Of a DNA stretch of 64,000 nt, positions 57,747 to 64,000 are shown one piece after another. This stretch comes from Psammoneis japonica (lineage: Eukaryota). Made by a program: the position numbers and the translations under genes. How positions within the stretch are numbered: the first letter of the stretch is position 1; each line of letters begins with the position of its first letter. The DNA lies in the NCBI GenBank assembly GCA_008632985.1, contig QPGO01000059.1:310001-374000 (forward strand). The letters run 5' to 3'. The notes below the pieces were generated by a model that was not told the DNA's origin, did no database searches, and worked only from the letters and a program-made list of their open reading frames with translations.

Positions 57747-59012
57747 CTAGTGACACATGTCTGCCTGAGTGGGGCAACACGTAACGCATAGAGGCCCCAT
57801 GTTGGCTGGTTGAATCTGTATCGTAGCATGGCGTATTCCAAATGACTTGCAAACTTCGTACATTTCCATGAGTGCTTTCCCCGGGTCATTGTCGCTACTG
57901 ATTTGCGCATGCACACTTAGAATTGGGATGCCATGCGAGATGGACCAAATGTGTAAATCATGCAGATCCAAAACGCCGTCCACTCCACTCAGGGCAACGT
58001 GCACTTCTGCCCAGTTAACATGAGGAGGTACTTCTTCCAACAATACACTGATACTGGACCGTAACACTCCAAGAGTAGAGTAGAAGACAATTGCACAGAA
58101 AATAAGAGTGCAAATTGGATCCACCGCATGCCACGTTGGCTTCGCCCAAATCACAAGACCGGCAATCAAGACCGCCACGGACTGAGCCAAATCGCCCAAA
58201 ACATGAATGTACGCGGCGTGCAGATTAATGTTTCGCTTTTTCTTTTCAGCCGGGGAAGGTAGGACCTCACCACTGTGTAAAATTTCTTGGTGATAATGAC
58301 TGTCGCTTCCGTAAATGGAGGGATCGTGATCATGCTTATGGATCAAAGAACTAGATTCTTCGTCCTTTGAATGGCCATGCTGTTCTTCTTGGTGTGCATG
58401 TGAGTGTCCGTGCGAGTGCCCGCTGTGAGAGTGCTCACCGTGCGAATTGCCATGTGAGTGCCCGTGGGAGTGGTTTTCGTCCATCTCGACGCCGTGCCCA
58501 CCATCGCATTCATGTTCATGCGAATGATCGTGTCCACCTCCGCCTGGCATGTGCACATGATGTTCTCCCAAGACAAAGGCTAGCGCAACGTTAACAACCA
58601 CACCAATAGTTGCAATCCCACTCATGAGTTTTCCGTCCACCGCTGTGATTTTGGTATGGTCGTTTTGAACAATCATGGGCCATAACCGTCTTAGTGCTTC
58701 CCATGCCAATCCCACAGAAACGAGAGCAAGCGATACCATACTAAACAAGGCCGCCAGAGACTCGGTTCGTTTCAATCCGTACGTATGCTGCTGAGTCGAC
58801 GGCAAACTCGCCAAGTACGACGCTGCAATAGCTACACAAAAGGCCGCCAAGTCGGCAAACAAATGCGCCGCGTCTGATAAAATGGCCAAGGACCCCGACA
58901 ACCAGCCACCAATCACCTCCACCACCAAAAACGTGCTGCAGAGCAGCGAGGCAATCTGCAGCCGCCGCAGCACGTGCTGCCGTCTCGCAACTTCGTCGTC
59001 TGAATCAGACAT
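57747..59012 (-). CDS. Cation diffusion facilitator zinc transporter (ZnT/MTP1-like) with His-rich loop
   Basis: SLAILSDAAHLFAD, His-rich loop, NINLHAAYIHVLGD, LHDLHIWSI, HATIQI. Confidence 0.95.
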   Translation of the reverse strand: MSDSDDEVARRQHVLRRLQIASLLCSTFLVVEVIGGWLSGSLAILSDAAHLFADLAAFCVAIAASYLASLPSTQQHTYGLKRTESLAALFSMVSLALVSVGLAWEALRRLWPMIVQNDHTKITAVDGKLMSGIATIGVVVNVALAFVLGEHHVHMPGGGGHDHSHEHECDGGHGVEMDENHSHGHSHGNSHGEHSHSGHSHGHSHAHQEEQHGHSKDEESSSLIHKHDHDPSIYGSDSHYHQEILHSGEVLPSPAEKKKRNINLHAAYIHVLGDLAQSVAVLIAGLVIWAKPTWHAVDPICTLIFCAIVFYSTLGVLRSSISVLLEEVPPHVNWAEVHVALSGVDGVLDLHDLHIWSISHGIPILSVHAQISSDNDPGKALMEMYEVCKSFGIRHATIQIQPANMGPLCVTCCPTQADMCH

Positions 59013-59866
59013 ACTTTTGTCCAAGTAGCTTATGCTTTAACTTATCTCTCACTGAATCAAGTAGTAAACGCTGATGCACGCTTCTCCTTTAGACCGCTAT
59101 AAAGTCTTCTTACTTAACCAAGAGCAAAACGTTGATGATATCTTGAAAATGCGAAATCAAAATCAAAATGCAACGCGGTCGCGTCGCGGTCTCGTGTCGC
59201 GTTTTGTGTTGCTGACGTCGCATGACGGGTGATGGCAAGAAGTCACGTCTGTCCTCAGCCCGATTTTTACCACTTACCGCCCTGCAAATCATAGATACTG
59301 ATCCCAATAGTACAATTCTACGTGGGATATCCTACATAGGAATCAGTACATGGGCAACGTACAAGTTGACTTTGCCGGCACCAGCACACAGAAAGACGAT
59401 CGAGGTGTGTTTTCTGTCAAGTGTATTCGTTGACAATGGCGTATGCTGTGTTGATTGATTTTGAACTCGGGCGGCTGTATCTTGTCACGAGGATCCCGTT
59501 CAGTGTATGAGTGATGCGAAAAAGAGTTTGGTATAAAGGACCGCGGAAGAGACGCCATGGGCGAGCAGCGCTTCACTCAACTCACGCGGCAAACGAGGCG
59601 AGCGATCTTTACATGAAGTTTGTACTGGGTCCTACGGGAATGCTCATAACTCATTCATCGCGACTCATATCCTGAACGCTGCTCATCGCAAGCGCTGAAC
59701 AGCAAACCGCATTGATGGATGGCCTTGTTGTCGAAACGTGCCGCTCTTTGAACCAACCATTCACTCTCTATTCCAATCACGCAACCTTCTTACACGTCTC
59801 GGCTTTTTGCTTTCTCTGTTTCAACAGTTTTTTCTCATTTTATAGAGTACACTTGCCACTTGAATT

Positions 59867-60115
59867 ATGCCTGTCGATTTGTTGCACCCAACCCCAGAGC
59901 AGGAAGCCCGGACACACAAGTTGAAGCGACTTGTGCAGAGCCCAAACAGTTTCTTTATGGATATCAAGTGCCCCGGATGTTTCCAAATTACTACTGTCTT
60001 TAGTCACGCACAGACCGTTGTCTTGTGTGAGGGATGCAATGCTATGCTTTGTCAACCTACCGGTGGACGTGCCCGACTCACGGAGGGATGCAGTTACAGA
60101 AAGAAGGTTGACTGA
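59867..60115 (+). CDS. RPS27: 40S ribosomal protein S27 (eS27)
   Basis: DLLHP..E...[36 protein letters not shown]...[20 protein letters not shown]. Confidence 0.97.
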   Translation: MPVDLLHPTPEQEARTHKLKRLVQSPNSFFMDIKCPGCFQITTVFSHAQTVVLCEGCNAMLCQPTGGRARLTEGCSYRKKVD

Positions 60116-60689
60116 ATCATGCATCTAGTATAAAGAAAACGAAATAAACGAAAAAACTTGTACCGTCAAGGCTTGAGTGTTTTTCTAGTACTAGTCGTTT
60201 TCTGTTGTAGTTGTGTGTTGTGTGCGTACCGTTCGTGTTGTTTGCGGTGGAGAGAGCCGACAAGGTGTTCGAGTACCGAGAGGAGCTAGCGCCAGAGGAA
60301 TTGGTGAAAGGAGATGCCCTCGATTGTTCGTAGCGATGGCAGGTGGGAAAAGAATCTTTTGTTTTTGTTTCTTCTGTGTTCGCCAAACGCTAGCGAGAGA
60401 GATTGACACCATCGGTTGTTGCAGTGTTCTGATCGTGCACGCAATGTCTATCACCTCGTGTCTTGCTCAACCATGTCTCTTCTCAAAGAAGCGATGTGCG
60501 AATTTCCGAGAAGCAAAGGGCAACAGAGTACCATATGTTGATCCCTTTCGAGATTGTAGCTAGAGTTGTAGAGACGAAAAGAGATTAGGTAGTGAGTATG
60601 GTGCGGCTAGAGTGGGCACCAGTTTGAGAATAGAAACTCCTCACTTTAGAGCCTAGTCTAATGCCGCAATAGATGTCGTCAGTCTATCT

Positions 60690-60830
60690 ATGGATCTAGA
60701 GGGCCTACTCTAGTAACTAACTATTTTTCAACGAACTAGCTCTCTAGAGAGTAGAGAGAGGGCACTAACTAGACTACTTAACTACTTCTACTCGAGTAAA
60801 ACTAACTAACTAACTCTAACTAACTCTGTA
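60690..60830. repeat. CTAG/ACTA low-complexity intergenic tract
   Basis: ctagctctctagagagtagag, actaactagactacttaactac, actaactaactaactctaactaact. Confidence 0.7.
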
Positions 60831-61080
60831 CCTCACTTCGAAGCACTCACACCTAAATGTAATCAATAAATATTATATTATTCCATGCATAAAATATTAT
60901 CGAAAAAATTAGCGCGGCAAAACAGACTTGCTCACTTTTTCGATGAGAGCTTGGCAGGTTTGCAGGCGTGGAGACGGAAATCGCAAATGACCTTCTTCCG
61001 TTGGGCGTGCCACTGTTTAGCTTCAGAGGAGACAAGAGAAACTCATTATAGAGTATTGTTGACGTTGCGTGAGCAGCATC

Positions 61081-61989
61081 ATGAATGGCAATGCCACCCC
61101 TGATCCCCAAGCCAGCGCCTATTCGTTTTACCTCAATCTTGTCGTTCTCGATCATGTTGCTCCGTCGTTAAAGGATGAAGAGGAATCTAAAGACACTGAG
61201 CAACAAGAGGAGGGAACGGCTTCCTCTGAAAACCTGACGACGTCAGAACCAGCTTCGACTGTCGAGGCGGACTGTGAGAATGGTGTAGAGCCAGAGGTCG
61301 CTATGGACAAGGACCCAGTTGTTGCGGACGACGAAGATCATTATCAAGTCGAAGTAGAAGAAGAGGAGGAACTACACGATGAGGGACGCAGAAGGTCATT
61401 TCTCCCTTCTATGACTTCTCCCGGAGGAAAAGCGAAAAAGGCTGATTTGCTGAAAAAGTCCTTGCATGGTTTGGATCAGTCGCTTCGCAGCAACATGAGG
61501 GGCTTGTCGAAGCGATCGACGCGAGTCGCCAACAAGGCTGGCGCTTTTGCAGCGCGAAAAACAATGGTATCTCGGGCAATGCAAACGTTGAACAAATGCT
61601 TGCCCGAGTTGTCCGCTGACTATGATGAAGATTTGACAATCGGAAAGCGATTTAGTCAGGGAAAAGTGACTGTTCTTCATGTTGTGTTAAAGCCATCTGC
61701 CATGTCCCGTTATTTAGCTCAAGTCAAGGGCGACCACTCCGCGACAAGGTTTTCCGAAGCAATGTCCACGTTGGAGTCATTGGGCGCCACCGATACTATG
61801 AAATCTTTGGAGCGAGAAATGCTGATGCAAGTTAGAAACGGTTTAATGGACCAACTATCCACTTTGTTGCTGCAGAAGATGAATGAAAAGGGCAACGGGT
61901 TGGAACTCGAATGCATCGCGTTGGAGGAAGCCGAGGAGGCGAGATGGCTTTTCACGTTTATGGAGTTTCAAGAGCAAATGAAGCTGTAA
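61081..61989 (+). CDS. Hypothetical protein with acidic N-terminal region
   Basis: Intact ~302-aa ORF of normal composition; no recognised domain. Confidence 0.75.
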   Translation: MNGNATPDPQASAYSFYLNLVVLDHVAPSLKDEEESKDTEQQEEGTASSENLTTSEPASTVEADCENGVEPEVAMDKDPVVADDEDHYQVEVEEEEELHDEGRRRSFLPSMTSPGGKAKKADLLKKSLHGLDQSLRSNMRGLSKRSTRVANKAGAFAARKTMVSRAMQTLNKCLPELSADYDEDLTIGKRFSQGKVTVLHVVLKPSAMSRYLAQVKGDHSATRFSEAMSTLESLGATDTMKSLEREMLMQVRNGLMDQLSTLLLQKMNEKGNGLELECIALEEAEEARWLFTFMEFQEQMKL

Positions 61990-62874
61990 CGATGAAAACT
62001 ATGAATAGGCACGGTGGCGTGTGCTTCGCCAAAGTGTCAACACTTGATTGAAAAAGATTTATCGCGGACATCTGCAGTATCAACTTGCACGTATAACTGC
62101 AAAAGAGATAGTCAGAGTGTTGTCATATTGAATATCTAGTCGTCTTCTAATTTATATACATATTCTATCATTCTCAAGCAACAGGGATACGTCACTCTTC
62201 TTCGAGACTGAAGAACCTCAGAATGAAACTTGCTACCGCACGTTCGAAGATATCCGAAGCTCGTTCGAAGATACAAAGGTCCAACAAAAACCCTTGAGCA
62301 CGTAGTCTCCGCTGTGGAACCAATCAGGGAGATTTCACTCTTCGTCATGGTAGACGAGAGAGCAAGTCGTGTGGTCGCAGGTTCCATGTCCTTGCACGTA
62401 GGCGTTGATCTTGTCCACGTTCACACCGCATGCGTGGCAGGTCCACACTGGGGTGGCTAGGCTGATCCCGTCAGTGTTCTCCATTGTGGCTTCAGTGACT
62501 TCGATTGGCTTGGTTGACACCATCTTCCTGTACGAATGATGCGTTTTGAGCTTTTCACGTCTCTTGAAAAAGTGAGGCGACATCAGCATCTGACCGCGAC
62601 GACATGGCTGGAGGGTGTGTAATCGTGACGTCGATGATGACGTCGATGATCAAACCTGACGTGGTCTAGCCAATGAAAATGCAGTGAATTTCTCTCAGAA
62701 CTGTTTTCGGTTGGGGGACCTCGAACCGGTAAGGTTAGTTCATCTTCTTTGCCAACAGGTCACTAGGAACTAGACCAAAACATGTTCCCTCAAACCCTTT
62801 CCGTAAGTTCTCTATTGTAGCTAGAGAGTAGAGCAAGCTCTGAATCTGTCGGTTCTCATTGGCAATATGGTTCC

Positions 62875-64000
62875 CTAATCGAAATGTCTTGAACGCGTGT
62901 ATTGCCACAAAGCTGCTCTCTCCGCGAATTTCCCTGACGACAACGCCAGCTGGTCCAAGCCCTCTTCAAGCAATGAAGTAGAACTGTGACGAAAACTGAT
63001 GTCAAGACGTTTCCCAATCATTAGACGGTTACCATTCTCATCTGTCAAATCACTAGTCACGAGTCGATGGTATGTGCGTGAAAGTGGGTAGAGGAGATCC
63101 GGGTTTGTGCTTGGAAGTGGGGCCACATCATGTCGAAAGCTATCCATGGTAGGGTACGACCCCCACTCCAACAGACGCGTTTTGTTTCGAAGCAAGTTCC
63201 ATGAATAATCCGAATCGGTGGAAACGAAGATATGAAAGTCGGTATCTTGTAGGTTTTGTTGTACAGAAGCTTGTTTGAGAAGCTGTAAGACGACCTTCAG
63301 AGCATCATGACAGGCATATAGTGAACAACGATTCCTCGACGGGCGCAAGTACGGGAAACCCACAAGAATTGTGCCATCCGTGAAGTTGGACCCTCCTTCT
63401 ATACCAGGCATGATTTGTCCAAAGCTAGATTCGGCGGCTAAGCGAAGTCGTGTTGAAAACTCTGCGCCTCCCTGGCAAACTTGAGGAAAGTAAATAGACA
63501 CTCCTCCCGTACGTCGAATTCCACGCACACGATCAATGTCGTCAGGTGGATAGGCACGTCCTGAAACAAAGATTTCGAGGCACTCAACAGACGACTCATT
63601 TTTTCTAAGATGCTTGACTTGATATGTCGACTGGTGAATCGCTGCAATAAGACCCGTACTGTTTGAATCTACTTGCTCTGGGCGCTGCAATACTTCGTTG
63701 GTATCTGATGCCATTGGATAAGTTTCGTCATGGGTCCAAGAATTTGCTAGGTCAGTTTGTTTCGGAGCATTTTGAGTCGCCCCATATATGAACTTCATTC
63801 CATCCAGAGCTCGCCCATTCCGGATTGCGGCATACAGAGTAGAAACGTTGACATCGTACTCCGCAGCTGCGGCCCGTACACTCGGGAATTCTTCCAGAAT
63901 GTTCCCAGAGTCTTCCGATACAAGCAGCACACTGCGTTTTCTTCTCGGGGAACTTCTTCGCAAGAGCGCGTCCGACAATGAGGTTCCAGGGTCGCCAATG
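62875..64000 (-). CDS. NUMOD1-like DNA-binding motif plus degenerate RNase HI-like domain, 5' partial
   Basis: Frame open to the window end. EFPSVRAAA..YDV..STL..AI (NUMOD1-like). EIFVSG, GGVSIYF, NRCSLYA..AL, VSTDSDY, NPDL, ISFRH follow RNase HI motif order. Confidence 0.6.
   Translation of the reverse strand, partial: IGDPGTSLSDALLRRSSPRRKRSVLLVSEDSGNILEEFPSVRAAAAEYDVNVSTLYAAIRNGRALDGMKFIYGATQNAPKQTDLANSWTHDETYPMASDTNEVLQRPEQVDSNSTGLIAAIHQSTYQVKHLRKNESSVECLEIFVSGRAYPPDDIDRVRGIRRTGGVSIYFPQVCQGGAEFSTRLRLAAESSFGQIMPGIEGGSNFTDGTILVGFPYLRPSRNRCSLYACHDALKVVLQLLKQASVQQNLQDTDFHIFVSTDSDYSWNLLRNKTRLLEWGSYPTMDSFRHDVAPLPSTNPDLLYPLSRTYHRLVTSDLTDENGNRLMIGKRLDISFRHSSTSLLEEGLDQLALSSGKFAERAALWQYTRSRHFD

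Noticed and set aside
59340..59850. Possible snoRNA upstream of RPS27
   Set aside because: No convincing C/D or H/ACA box arrangement could be identified by eye.
62136..62589. Short Cys/His-patterned ORF (CHAC..CDHTTC) resembling a RING fragment
   Set aside because: The ligand set is incomplete and the frame stops early; too weak to call.

Overview
Eukaryotic nuclear DNA, most likely a pennate diatom (inferred from compact genes, short GT-AG introns, gene families and CTAG-rich intergenic tracts). Gene-dense tracts of ordinary composition encode a Kaptin-like protein, a DEP-flavoprotein reductase, an RBR ligase, a GPR1/FUN34 transporter, a dual-specificity phosphatase, a large multi-domain secreted phosphatase, a complex I subunit, RagA, Psf2, FEX, an acyl-CoA ligase, a peroxidase, a CDF Zn transporter and RPS27. 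They alternate with four blocks (about 20150-31160, 35900-38560, 43650-48340, 49760-55690; roughly 24 kb) where both CpG and TpA are largely missing and TG/CA is abundant. The blocks hold decayed Ty3/Gypsy pol, PIF1 helicase, XPG-nuclease/SWIM, MYND, PHD and HNH-like relics. Their conserved motifs show directional changes Tyr>Cys/His (TA>TG/CA) and Arg>His/Gln, Thr>Met (CG>TG/CA). At two block edges TpA is gone while CpG survives, so TpA loss looks like a separate process from 5mC deamination. This candidate repeat-targeted TpA hypermutation, opposite in direction to fungal RIP, is the main finding. Several conserved genes carry 1-bp deletions in short G/C runs, probably assembly errors. No rRNA, tRNA or CRISPR was recognised.
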